Both the position numbers and the translations under genes were made by a program. From assembly GCA_951406725.2 (NCBI GenBank), contig OX597819.1, forward strand, positions 116,374,001 through 116,438,000: 64,000 nucleotides of DNA. The letters are read 5' to 3'. The notes under the pieces were generated by a model. The model was not told where the DNA came from and did not search any database. It worked only from the letters and a program-made list of their open reading frames with translations. This document shows positions 1 through 14,197 of this stretch, in pieces (the stretch's first letter is position 1; the number at the start of each line of letters is the position of its first letter). The DNA is from Octopus vulgaris. Taxonomy: Eukaryota.

Positions 1-450
1 ATAGTATAGCACATAACAAAAAAGTAGAACAAAATAGTATGAATAATACCAATTACAATAAAATAACTATACAGAGTAACTAATATAAATCTACAAAGCA
101 TAATAATACTTCATTATCTAGTCAAAATATATACTGTAATTGTATAGACCCAGATATATGAAATTAGACAGGGATAGCAGAGTAAAAACGTCATATACCA
201 GGCAACAGCAATTACGGATCGACGCAGAACTGGGTTAAATTCAGTATACCTAAGAACGAATAGATTTTTAGGGACCAAAATTAAAATGAATAGTACAAGA
301 CTAAGAAAATTAAGGCATATGAAAAAAAATTAACTACACAATCAAATGGAACATATTCGCACATGCACCTAGTTAGAAAATTAGCAATAAATTATGTAGA
401 TTATGCCTAGAAGAAAGCTATAAAATAATGAAACGTAAAGGGAAATTTTG
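1..450 (+). mobile_element. Degenerate Penelope-like element, C-terminal GIY-YIG endonuclease remnant (truncated by window start)
   Basis: Hand translation across frameshifts gives CNCIDPDI, KNVIYQATAITD, YTIKWNIFAHAPS and NKLCRLCLEESYKIM. These match the CNC...VIYxA...IxWxI...CxLCLxE pattern of PLE endonuclease domains. Stops and frameshifts are present. Confidence 0.65.
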
Positions 451-634
451 TAGGCTTTTCTAGTATCATATTTATAAATGTATTAATTTTCTGTTGGTCC
501 ATCCATATGTAGGAAAATTAATATCCTCTTGTAATTTTTATAGAATTTATTTTAAGTTAAATTATATCATTTTAAAGATGTATATGCCTGAGTATCTATT
601 TACCTGTATTTGCATGTGGATGTATGAAAAACTG

Positions 635-665
<31 letters not shown>

Positions 666-1689
666 GAGAGAGAGAGAGAGAGATATGTGAGCATGCGGGA
701 TTATCCATTTAAATGATTGTATACGTGCATATCTATACACATATACTTATATATATGTATGTATCAATATGTATATATATATATGTATATATATTTATAT
801 ATACATATATATATATGTGTGGCTTTTTCTTCATCAGTGTGGATATATATCTTGAGTTCTTTATTAGTCCATGAAATTGACATATTGATGTTCGACAGTA
901 ATTTTTAATATGCACCTCTTTTTGTATAAACAGAGTTAAACCTATATGTATGTATGTATTTATAAGAAAAATGTAGCCAGTAAAATATGTTTTTTTTAAT
1001 GTTCTCTCCCCTGAATTTCTTATAAATACATACCATTAGTTTTTTTCGCTCTCGCGTTTGGGAAAAATATCACAATATTTTCGCCGTAGACAAAATATAT
1101 CGATGAAATAATATTTTTTAATCTAAACATTCAAAAATCTTTCTTCAATACGAAGTATAGCTTAGTATTACTTTTATTACAATTTACGACAGTCACGTAA
1201 ATGATCCCCTTTAGATACGTCTTTACACGTATGTACTTCGTAAGTTTCATTCTTTTAAATTTATCTAGCTGTTTTTAGATAATCTATGTAACATATATTA
1301 CCTATATCGTCAATCGATTATTGATTTTTCTGAAATACATAAATAAAAAACAAATATATATATAAACTATTAATCAATCTCAATTGGTAGTTCTAACTTC
1401 CAATTTACTTAAAAGCATAGTAGGTATGATAGATGAGGATTATGAAATTTTAAAATATGAATTTGAAATAAAATATAGCTCCTTATTTTTTTATTTTTGA
1501 ATGTACATACATATACAACCTGACCAATATGTTCTTTAGGGAATTTTTTTTAATATACAAATACCTATTCAACAATGATAACTAAGAAAAATTGAAGGTA
1601 TATTTCGAATGCCTTTTTGTTTATTTTTCCTTTAAATCTCACCTACTGAAGCGTAGAAATTTGACCTTCGTGATGTTTTCTTTACGGAA

Positions 1690-2131
1690 ATCTGCACAGC
1701 CTCAAAGTAGCGGTCTGGTGTGTTGTTGGAAAAGCTGCCGTAATTACTCCTTACTCTTTTGAATACAGTAATGGAACTCTGGGCGTTAGATCAAGATGAT
1801 AAATAACTTCTTTGTGCCTGAATTATCACGAAAACATGTACCTATTCGACGTGTGTGGTTTCAGCAGAATAGGGCGACGGCTCACACAGCCAGAGCTTCA
1901 AAGGTCATTCTTCGCCCTCTCTTTGATGACCATCTCACTTGCAGGTTTGCTCACATTCCTGATTTATCCATGTATGATTATTCGTTGTGGGGAGACCTCA
2001 AGCCACGTGTGGAAGTCACCCAAATCGACAGAGCAATGCTGGAGAGAGTGGGGGCCAAAATCCAAGAACGCCTTCAGAAATACATCAAAGAAAACGGACA
2101 CTACATTATTGATGTTGTTTTTCACACTTAA
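1690..2131 (+). mobile_element. Tc1/mariner-superfamily transposase remnant (DDD catalytic region, internally deleted)
   Basis: Upstream segment reads HSLKVAVWCVVG...ITPYSFE. ORF 1796-2131 contains WFQQNRATAHTA and PDLSMYDYSLWGDLK, matching the WFQQDGAxxH and SPDLxPxDxxLWGxLK motifs. Confidence 0.8.
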
Positions 2132-2189
2132 TGTTGACAAATTCTAACGTAATACGAACATATTGATGTCAGTAACATTTGTTTGCAGC

Positions 2190-2390
2190 TAAAGACTATT
2201 GAAAAGGTTGCAAGACGCAACGAATGTTTTGGGAAAATAAAAATAATAAGTGAACATTTTACCGGTGAGTGAGTTAAATTATAAGGCACAAAAAGAAAAT
2301 GATTCTCCCCAGAATATGCTTCAACACACGAACACATATAAAGAATATAAAGAATATTGCAAACGAAATCCAAAAACGAAATATATATAT
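2190..2390 (+). repeat. Dispersed non-coding repeat, homologous to 9955-10165 (inverted), with a hammerhead-like motif at its 5' end
   Basis: About 200 bp alignable to the reverse complement of 9955-10165 (ttataaggcac...gaatatgcttcaacac...aaaacgaaatatat). Confidence 0.75.
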
Positions 2391-3045
2391 AAATATATAT
2401 ATGTGCGTGTGTGTGTTTGTGTGGAAGATACACGTATAGGCGTACACTAGTATGTGTATACAGAGTAAAAGCTAAAGTCAATGAGTTAGAGAAGAAACAG
2501 ATGTAAAGAGGTAAAAGAAGGACGGTTTGAGTTCTACTTCCGGTTAATATTGCTGAAACTTTTCGTCAAAAAAATATAGAGGAATAAATACAAAACAAAA
2601 CTAAAAGAAGAAAAAGAAAAAGATTTATTTGAGTATTGCGGCGGATATTATCTCACATGCAGCTCTATAAACACATGGGTAATTTTTTCTCAAAAGCATG
2701 AAAAGAGGACCATTAAACTTGATGTTCAGTTATGGAACAGATATTTTTTTTATCGTATAAATTTGAAGTAATGGCTGAGTAATATAATATTTCAAATAGA
2801 TCTGTTCGCTCTACTTCCTTCATCTTGATTGCATCTCGATTTTGCACTTGCATCGGAAAGGTTGTGGTGTGTATTTGTGTGCGCATGTGTGCGTGTGCGT
2901 GAATGTGTGTATGTGTGTGCATATAGATATATAATTATATATATATATATATATATATTACATGCACACATATACACACAAACGCAATCATGCATATATA
3001 AGTACATATCAACATACATAGATACACAAGCACACAAATGCATAC

Positions 3046-3084
<39 letters not shown>

Positions 3085-3109
3085 TATATATATTCATTCC
3101 GTATCTATC

Positions 3110-3142
<33 letters not shown>

Positions 3143-3143
3143 T

Positions 3144-3190
<47 letters not shown>

Positions 3191-3839
3191 TTTATACATA
3201 CAAATATATATCTTGATCATATATTTATATATGTACACACTCATGCGCACTCACACGCACTCTCACACACACACATCTTTACACACACACAGACACACAC
3301 ATATATATATATACATAAAGCGCCATAAAATTATTAACACAATAACATTTGTGTGCATTTGCGTGTGTGTTCATTTGATAATATTCGTAAGTCTAGTCTA
3401 TACGCTGATAATTCATTGGCCCTTTCAAGTACGTCAATAGTGGCTATGAGTAGAATAAGTCAACCATCATGAGGTTATGAGGTAACGTGCGTTCAATGTT
3501 ATCATTCTGATTTCAGATAGCAGACTCCACAGTCTGAAAATGTTCACTGATCTATCAGTGTCATTGGAAGATGATATATAGATTTCCTGATTTAATCAAA
3601 TATATCTAATCGGTAAATTGTGAAATATTTTCTTACTGTTATATTGGAATATTGCTTTTTCACATCCGCCATGACCTCATAAGTTTAGTAAATGTAACTG
3701 AACATAACAGAAACGTAGGTGCATAGATACACATAAATACACATAAAGGCCTAAGTACCCAAAAGCATACAGGAATGCATATACATACGTATATACATAT
3801 ATATATATGTTTATGTGTATATATGTATATATGAATATA

Positions 3840-3945
<106 letters not shown>

Positions 3946-3954
3946 GTATATATA

Positions 3955-4019
<65 letters not shown>

Positions 4020-4095
4020 TCAGAAATAAACATATATATGCATATATACACGCATACACTCGGACTACACACAAACACATACATATGTAAATATA

Positions 4096-4142
<47 letters not shown>

Positions 4143-4404
4143 ATGTGTGTATTATGCATGTATGTAAGTATGTGTGTATGTGTGCGCGTGTATATACATA
4201 TATGGATGTACAGCATTAACATACACACATAGGAAATGGCATAAGCAGACTTATGCTTGGGTTAAAAATAAGATAATGATTATTGAAAAGCGATTACGAT
4301 TCATACTTTATTGATTGCAACTTTAAACGGGATTTGGATACCCTTTATATTACTAACACTCTGTTTTTGATATATGTATCTTTATCTGCATCAATCTAAC
4401 TAAC

Positions 4405-4712
<308 letters not shown>

Positions 4713-5272
4713 TCAATCATATTGAAATATATTTTACACAGTTAAATGGAATTCTTAGTCTTCCGATAGAAGAGTGTATGTATGTATGTATGATGTTTTC
4801 AAAATTAAATTTAAGTTCTTGAGAGAGATCAAAGCAGTTGCTAACAAACCAACAATTGGTTTTGTTAAAAGAGTTCCCGCTGTTTGTGAATATGTGATGT
4901 AGCGTGTTGGCTGAAATTTCGACGCGTACATCCACGTGTCTGCATCCATGAACAAAAGAATCTCACATTGAGAAAATATTGAATGTTTTACAAATTTCAC
5001 TTCGCCTCAAATAGATTGGATTTGGAGAATCCGCGTCAGTTTGTTTTGCTATTTTTCCGAGAATATATTAACGCTTTTGTGTTAATTTGTTGGTACATAA
5101 CCTAATGCACCTATGATGATAGGTATAAATGAGAATTTATAATCAAGGTACAAGTGCTAATTAGCCATTGTTGTTCCCTTTTTCTTGGATATCTGAGTGT
5201 ATACTCACATCTGCTGGGCAGCTAACCGCCAGCTAAACAGTACAACAACGCATGACATTTGTTCACTGAACT

Positions 5273-5613
5273 GGAAGACCCCCTTCGGTCATGAACGACC
5301 ATGGAATTGCACCTAGAATGTTACCCTCCGAGGCACAAATCAGGAGAAGATTGTTTGTGGGAGGCTAGCAGTCGCTCCATGCATACCAGCCTCCCCTCTT
5401 CACACCACTGATGTAATCCAAAGGAAAGGCAAAGGGGCCGATACAGCTTGGCACCAGTAATGTCGCAACGCATTTCTACAGCTGAGTGAACTGGAGCAAC
5501 GTGAAATAAAGTGTCTTGCTCAAGAACACAACATGCAGCCCGGTCCGAGAATCGAACTCACAACCTCACGATCGTAAGCTCGACGCTCTAACCACTAAGT
5601 CATGCACTTTCAC
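5273..5613 (-). mobile_element. tRNA-derived SINE with CORE-like central domain
   Basis: Minus strand has A box (tgacttagtggttagagc) and B box (gagttcgattc), then ttgagcaagacacttt...cagctgtagaaatg, which resembles the CORE domain. Target-site duplication ttcactg(a/t)act at 5262-5272 and 5614-5624. Confidence 0.8.
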
Positions 5614-5962
5614 TTCACTGTACTATGAAACATATATTTGCTACATTTGCACCCGATTGGTGTTATTATTGGGGTTTCTACTACTATTGCTTGTTTTTAA
5701 ACGTATGAATACCTGCTGGTCCTGACATCCCTTTCATATCTACATCAGAGCAGTCCTTCCTAAAGATATAATCGTAAATATTCTGTGTGTGTATGTGTGT
5801 GTATGTATGATCGAGGTCAAGAAGAATAGTAAAAATACCCACCGGAAATGAGGGACTGCCTGCTGTTGTCATAGCATGCTTCCGATGTATATCTTGCTCT
5901 TTCACGTCGCTACTGGTTATCTATATCAATACTGGTATTGTATAAGTGTTTATTACTATAAA

Positions 5963-6352
5963 GTGGAGGCGCAATGGCCCAGTGGTTAGGGCAGCGGACT
6001 CGCGGTCATAGGATCTCGGTTTCGATTCCCAGACCGGGCGTTGTGAGTGTTTATTGAGCGAAAACACCTAAAGCTCCACGAGGCTCCGGCACGGGATGGT
6101 GGTGATCCCTGCTGTACTCTTTCACCACAACTTCCTCTCACGCTTACTTCCTGTTTCTGTTGTACCTGTATTTCAAAGGGCCGGCCTTGTCACTCTCTGT
6201 GTCACGCCGAATATCCCCGAGAACTACGTTAAGGGTACACGTGTCTGTGGAGTGCTCAGCCACTTACACGTTAATTTCACGAGCAGGCTGTTCCGTTGAT
6301 TCGGATCAACCGGAACCCTCGTCGTCCTAACCGACGGAGTGCTTCCATTTCC
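5963..6352 (+). mobile_element. Full-length tRNA-derived SINE (family C, tRNA-Arg-like head)
   Basis: Head gtggaggcgcaatggcccagtggttagggc...ggtttcgattcc. Near-identical copy at 34158. Perfect TSD attactataaa at 5952-5962 and 6353-6363. Confidence 0.9.
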
Positions 6353-6764
6353 ATTACTATAAACCATTAACATAGAGACGTCGCTTTATGTCCACCTGTT
6401 TTATCATTTCATCCACTGAAAATATTGTGGCAACAACGCGCAGAGACGTGCTGATTTTGCTATTTGGAAGTACGCTTAAGTTACAACTTTTGTCTGTCAC
6501 CTATGCTTCATACGATGTAGACCTGACACGGGGCTGAATAGCTTTCTCAGGGCACAAATAAGGAAAGTCAGTAACATCATTAAGAATGAATTCGTAGAAA
6601 TAGATGCCTACGCATGTATGTTGATAGATTTAGACTAGTTACCAGTTGCAATACATTCATATTTGAAACAGATATAGATTTATGTCTACACACAGGCACC
6701 TACGAACGACTCCAACACGCATCTACGTATGTCTATCTGTCTGTTTGTCTTCCTATCAATCTAA

Positions 6765-6810
<46 letters not shown>

Positions 6811-7051
6811 GTCTATCTCTATTTAACCACCAACCTATTTATCTATCTGTATACTTTGTGTATATTTGTGATGTATATGTGCCCATGTGTGTGCGTGTAT
6901 ATGCGTGTTTGTTGTGTGCGTGTGCCTGTGCATGTATGTATGTATGTATGTATGTATAATGTTTAAAGCAATTAATTAACGAACCTGTTTATTTTCAAAT
7001 ATCATTTATTGAAAATACATTGAGCATATACATGTATATGTACTTATATAC

Positions 7052-7097
<46 letters not shown>

Positions 7098-7117
7098 TTT
7101 ACATATATATACATATA

Positions 7118-7157
<40 letters not shown>

Positions 7158-7237
7158 CACAGATTTTATGTATAAACTCACACAAACCCACTTACACATA
7201 CATATTTGTGTATGTACGTATATACTCCAATACGAAA

Positions 7238-7282
<45 letters not shown>

Positions 7283-7625
7283 TAGTTGTCAAATGCAAAG
7301 ATACAATGAATAAACCATTTTTGTGTTTTTTACATATTGATTTTGTTTACTTTTTGATTTACTTATAATGAAACAAGCACACATCGAATGCAGCTGCAAT
7401 AGAAAAGAAAAATATACGATATGTCTGTATAAACATAATAAATTTTACTATTTATTCTCGGTATTTTCAACATAATTGGTCTCATTCAAATTCATCTATA
7501 TATTCCGTTTTAATGGAAAATACTGCCAGGAAGTAAATATATTTTACAGATATTGTTGTTCTGTTTTGTAATTTGTTCATGGTTAAAATTTTGTCTCCAA
7601 ACATACCTTCCTCGTCAATGTTTTG

Positions 7626-7679
<54 letters not shown>

Positions 7680-7860
7680 TATATATATATGCATATATAT
7701 AAATACAGATATGTATGTATGTGCTAATTCATATTATATGCATATATAGTCTGGTCCACAAAGACATACATAGAGACAACTACATGCTTATATTGGAAGA
7801 ATGTAATATAAGTATATACACTATATATATATTGATGCATTTATATATGTGTGTATTTGT

Positions 7861-7909
<49 letters not shown>

Positions 7910-8080
7910 GCGTATATATTATTATACATATGTCAATCTCTATAGGTATCTGTCAGCCTGTTTGTCTGTGTCTGTATCTCTCTACACATAGAAACACAGA
8001 AACACACACACATATATAGATACATACACACACAAACACGTATATTCACACACATCTACAAGTCAGTGTGGCTGTACATG

Positions 8081-8135
<55 letters not shown>

Positions 8136-9325
8136 ATATATATATATTGTGTGTGTGTGTGTGTGTGTGTGTGTATTCTCATATACATATATATATATAT
8201 ATATATACATGCATATATATATATATATGTATATACATATATATACAAACATGCGTTCGCCCGTCTATCCACATACATACGCCTGTCCGTCTATCAATCT
8301 ATAGATAGCTCTGTCTATGTATCTTTCTACCTGTCTATCTATATATATGTGTGTGTGTGTTTAAATGCACGTTTGGTGTATGTGTTTGCGTGTCTATATC
8401 TCTATGCGTTTGTTAAGTTGCACATATATACACACAGAATTTGTCCAATCAGAATAACCTATTCAGTGACTTACAATTGCAAAACAGCAGTCTAATAACA
8501 TTCAATATATATAAATTACCTCTTTATGTTTTATATTGTCAATTCGAATCTATAATAGTTGTATCAATTGGTGTAAACACTGGGAGAGTTTATTTTCTTT
8601 TTTTTATGATCATATACAGACACGCAAAAAGTTATGCAACTTCTTATAAGTAACCTCCATTAGTATACATACACACGAAGCACCTACACACATGTATACG
8701 TTCATACATACACACACACATATATCTTCATACGTGCATACACAAAAGCTCTCTCTCACACACACACACACACGCACACATGTTCAGACGTATATACGTA
8801 TGTATTTATGTCTGTATTCCTATATGATCGTGTCTATACATTGTTATGTTACTCTCTGTGTTTGTTTATTCGGAAACTGGACTTAATTTTATGAATAATT
8901 ATATTGTCAGGCGATTTATATCACGTGGTAATCACGCACTCACAAACAGACGCACGGACCCGCACACACGCACACACACACAAGTACACATACGCACTGA
9001 CACGCATACACGCCCGATCGTACAAAAACACTAAAATACGAACATTAAACAGAAACAAGCCATTCTAATATAGCTGAGTGGCATGTATATCACCAAAACA
9101 AGGAAATAAAGTCATGTCATACATCATACAAATGAAATTTTCGTCTATTTAAACTGTCACTCACCCTAGAAGAATTCAATAATTGATAATTGGTATCTCA
9201 TAACAGCTTCATACCAGAACGGGAGATAATCTCAAATTTGGCATGACATCATACGTATATCGTGCGAGCACGCACACACTCACACATACATACACATACA
9301 GACGCACACACGCACATAAAAATAA

Positions 9326-9375
<50 letters not shown>

Positions 9376-9378
<3 letters not shown>

Positions 9379-9563
9379 CAGCATCGCTTGACAAGCGATG
9401 CTGATGTGTTTACGTCCCCGTAATTTAGCGGTTCGGCAAGAGAAACCGATAGAATAAGTACTAGGCTTACAAGGAATAAGTCCTGGGGTCGATTTGCTCG
9501 ACTAAAGGCGGTGCTCCAGCATGGCTGCAGTCAAATGACTGAAACAAATAAAAGATAAAAGAT

Positions 9564-9570
<7 letters not shown>
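9376..9570 (+). mobile_element. 3' half of SINE family A
   Basis: Matches the 3' part of the full copies at 32968 and 47939 (gatagaataagtactaggc...gcagtcaaatgactgaaaca). Confidence 0.85.
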
Positions 9571-9603
<33 letters not shown>

Positions 9604-9615
9604 ATAGATAGGTAT

Positions 9616-9718
<103 letters not shown>

Positions 9719-9954
9719 TTTCCAGTTTTGGGTATCATTAGCCCGGTCTGAACAAATTAGCCAGACCGATGTTAAACTGCTATTATTCACTGTCAACACC
9801 TTCCGTCGTTAATAATATCATTTGACAAATGTATGTCCTCACATTCACTGATGTATAAGTAACTAATAATTGGATTACAGTAAAACAAGCATAGAATCAT
9901 ACATATACATATGAACATTCTCCCCACCGCAATTTGGACATGCATACATAACTA

Positions 9955-10165
9955 TATTCTTGCATATATTTCGTTTTTGTACTTGGTTTGCAAGATTCTT
10001 TATATGAGTTTGTGTGTTGAAGCATATTCTGTTGTGTCTGGGGAGAGTCAGTTTCTTTTGGTGCCTTATAATGTAACACACACACCGGTAAAATTTCCAC
10101 TTATTTCTTTTTTTATTTTCCTAAAATTTTCGTTGTGTCTTGCAAAATTTTCAATAATCTTGACT
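9955..10165 (-). repeat. Second copy of the dispersed repeat at 2190-2390
   Basis: Reverse-complement similarity to 2190-2390. Confidence 0.75.
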
Positions 10166-11063
10166 CTCTTGCATATATATTTTCCCTTTTTTTACTGTTT
10201 AAAGTTAGAGTAAATCTAAACGTCCAACCACTTTTGTAGCTATGTTGACATACTCCTGCTTTTTTTTTCCAGATAGCATAATCATTTCTTGTCTATGAAT
10301 GAAGTAATGCATTCCCCCACAACGGATTCAAGTTTGCCCCAGGCCAGTCGGCGCATATCTTGTTACTCCAATTGTAAAATGTATGAATAGGATTGTATAT
10401 CATGCATTTGCTCACTGCGTATCAACTTACCACAATTTCTCCTTCATATTTTTGGTCACAATGGCGTGAATTCCACACTAGATCATACAGCTGAATTCCA
10501 CACTAGATCATACATTTCTCTTATGAACCCTCAAAATATGTGACATTCGTTTTTGAATTCACGGGTTATTATTTTTTAACGTTTAAGGGCCAACGATATT
10601 CTTTTATTCCACCGGCCTCAATGTAGCTACCTTTATTTAGTGATATTTTCTGTTGTCTCATTCTGTTCCAGATTGTTCTTGGAAGTTACATCCTGGCTTA
10701 TGAGGAGACACTATCTGGCAGACACTCTCTCTTTTAGTTAGCAATAATGTCGTTAACATTGCCACATTAAATTGCTTGTCTGTCAATATTTTCTACCTGT
10801 TATGCTTTCAGTACTTAGTGTGACTTTCTTGTTCTTTAATGGAATGGAAATAACTTTCAAAGTGTGATGCATGCATGTAAGCTTTCATGCAAATATATTT
10901 CGTATGCATATATGTATGGCTTTGAGTATGTGTGCATTTATGTATGTATAATGCATGTATGTATGTATGTATGTATGTATGTATATGTGCCGATTTATAT
11001 GTTTTGCCTCATGTATGTATTCTCATGAATATAGTGCATATCTAGGCATGTTTATGTATATTT

Positions 11064-11580
11064 AAATGATAAACTTCTGGGAAGTTTTACAAATTTTTAC
11101 AGTTCCAGTGATGGATTGGATCTGTAGTCTTCGAATTAGCATTCTCCTTTTGAGAAGTCTAATTTCTGAAGATTAGTATTTAGGCAATGCGTTAGATATC
11201 CCAGAGCCCCAATAATTACAGGTATAAACCTAACTTGTAATCTGGATAGAATAACTGCAGCTTTCTCGGTAATTTAGCATATGTGTTCTGTTTTTTCCTG
11301 ATCTTATGTTAACATCCGCTGGGCAGCTAATTTCCACAACTGTACACAGTTTCTCTTCTCTATCCAAACCATTATATTAGGTCTGTTGTATTTACATTAT
11401 TTGAGGTCTTCAGTGGAACATTCCACCAGTACTCTTTTTTTATTATGAGTCGTTATGGCTTCTACCATACAGTGGATTCTTATTTCTTTATCCTCGGTGA
11501 TATTCTTCCGATGGATTTCATTATAGTGTGCCCTAGCAACAGCTTCATGTTTCATCGGTAGAGAATACCATGATGACTAT
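11064..11580 (-). mobile_element. 3' remnant of RLE-type (R4/Dong-like) non-LTR retrotransposon
   Basis: Minus-strand fragments read MKHEAVARAHYNEIHRK, WWNVPLK, NRPNIMVW, REEKLCTVVEISCPADVNI and FIPVIIGALG, a restriction-like endonuclease signature. Homologous to 60729-60882. Flanked by (TATG)n-rich DNA. Confidence 0.8.
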
Positions 11581-11967
11581 ATTTGTATGCATGTATATTT
11601 TGTCATAGCATACTTCTTAGAAAAATGCTTCTACTCCCGAGGGACCTTCTTCAGTGATAGATACTGCAAATTGTTATGGTACTATATATTTGATTTATTT
11701 AAAAGAAAAAATGATATAAGTATCCTTGAGATGTACGGATTGGAGAAACATCTGCTAAGAAGAAAGAAAGGATTTCTATTGTTGTCAGATAGTTAGATGA
11801 ACAAAGGCAGCTGAATATATCAGTTTAACAAGCTGAAGAAACCATATGTTAACAACGCAAATTTGCAATTAATAGGTAGGAATTTTGACAAAATGCTTTT
11901 CATCACCAATGGTAGAAAATTTTATTCTCAACTCTTATCATCATTTCAGTGTATATATACATACATG

Positions 11968-12033
<66 letters not shown>

Positions 12034-12066
12034 ATTTCGGAATGATCATTTTGCCAGTTTAGCCAA

Positions 12067-12128
<62 letters not shown>

Positions 12129-12899
12129 CATATATATTAAGAGGTAAATATATAATGGATTAATGATTGAAGAAATAATATATAAGTACAGTTAAAGGAC
12201 ATGCTGGATATTTGAAATTGGCACGTGTAATAATTAAGTATGCAGGGATTAACCACAATATATAGACATTACATATGACTGAGTATGGCAGGAAAATAGC
12301 GAATAAGAAGTGAGAGACAGAAATATGAACGAAAGCAGGAATGCTAGGAAGCAGAGTAAGAACTTGCAATTCAAGTAGAAATATAGTTACACACGCATAT
12401 ATTATAACACTTGAAGCATACATAAAAGTACACACTCACACAAATACATACAAACCCACACGCAATAATATTTAAATACGTATAAATAAGTATGTGCATA
12501 TCGTTATAGGTATGTACATATATAGCCAATATACAAGCTTAAACATTAATAAATATATGAATTACACCACACTCCGCACTTTGTCCATACATAATACAAA
12601 CATACTAAAGAACATAATTATTACGACTATATATCTCTCTAGTCTACTAAATATTCATGTTAAAATGTTGTAAAGATTCTCCAAAATATTTTAGTGATGT
12701 ACGTATAGTAAATAGGATACTAGAATACTGAATAGAAAAAAAAATATCATGAGTTATTTCCATAGCCAAGTTGTTATTTACTTCACGTATAAAGTTTTCA
12801 TGATACGAGACAACATATAATCTGTACAAGAAAAGAACTATATTCAATATTTGAAAACTTAAGACATGTAGCACTAAATTAACAAGTAATTTTAATTAA

Positions 12900-13260
12900 A
12901 CCTCCTCGAGGATTGTGAAGACGCAGGCTGGAAAGCGGAACATTTTCCAATCGAAGTCGGATGTAGAGGTTTCGTTGGACACAGTGTGAGACGACTGTTG
13001 TTATCGCTAGGCCTAACTCATAGTAAAGTCAATACCACCATGACCGATATCCAATCTACAGTGGAGAATGCTAGCCACTGGACTTGGTTAAAAAGAGACG
13101 ATGAGCGATGGCTAGAAGGATATTGAGCTTTACTTGATAACCAGTTGATCTAGCAAGCGGAGCCTCATATCAGTAAGGGGGGACGGTGCGCATTGATGCC
13201 GTCGAGAGATAGGCCCCGAAACGGCGCACATTCTCTCCTGATGACCCCATACACTTGCTG
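12900..13260 (+). mobile_element. 3' end remnant of RLE-type LINE (HERO/NeSL-like)
   Basis: Translation LLEDCEDAGWKAEHFPIEVGCRGFVGHSVR contains the PxEVGCRGF motif of RLE C-termini. It is followed by a GC-richer, UTR-like segment. Confidence 0.7.
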
Positions 13261-14124
13261 GCTTCCGGTATGCGGAGTTTTTGACTGGTAGCACTTGCAT
13301 GTGCAAGTTGTTTGCAGGACATTCAATACTTCTACACTGAATTAATATTGGTTCGTCAAGAATGTTTTCCCGAATGCGAGATGCATTACCTAAGCATACA
13401 TTAGTGTTACTAGTAACGTTTTAGATTAATTTCAATCACCAGATACACATTTCGAAACCACACCGGACAAAATTTCATCAAGTGTACATGATTTTACAAT
13501 CATTTACCTCGCACATTCACATACATCAAATCTATGCGCATATATTGATTAAAAATGTGTATAGGTTAGCGTATATTAACATAGCAACTTACAGGTTATA
13601 CTTCCTCTTTAATCTTTAATCTTAAATCTTCTGATATTCTCATTGAGCATATTTTTTTATTTGCTTATGTTTTACGTTTTCATTCTCAGACACATGTATA
13701 AATGCGTTCATGATTTCATTTGCCTTGATACACACATATTCTCCTGTAAGTATATAATAACAGCGTGAGTAAATTCTCAGTTTTTATTCTTAAAAGTCCT
13801 GTAAACAATCATACACACACACACACAGACACAATGAAACACACAAACAAACAAACAAACAAACACACACACTCACACACACATATAGACACCTAAATAT
13901 AGGTATATGCATATATATATAGTGCATCTCTACGTGTTTCTAAGTATCATATATATGTTAAATCAAAATATATTAGAAAGAAATCCATGAAGAAACCACC
14001 GGTATTATAGTAAGGCTGCAATTGCAGCGGTTATTAGTCAATGCAGTAGAAATATGTGTAGGTCTATTTGAGGATGTATATAAATAAAAAGAATTGAATG
14101 TACAACAAGCTGCACAATAATCCA

Positions 14125-14193
<69 letters not shown>

Positions 14194-14197
14194 TATT
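14125..14197. repeat. (ATT)n microsatellite
   Basis: Direct reading. Confidence 0.95.

Noticed and set aside
5963-6040. tRNA gene
   Set aside because: The tRNA-like head continues into a SINE body with TSDs and lacks a proper cloverleaf end.
10467-10514. 23-bp direct repeat tgaattccacactagatcataca
   Set aside because: Simple local tandem duplication with no further structure.
13213-13248. GAAAC...CTGATGA as a type II hammerhead
   Set aside because: The stem II strands (cccc and cccc) are not complementary and no stems I or III form. More likely LINE 3' UTR.
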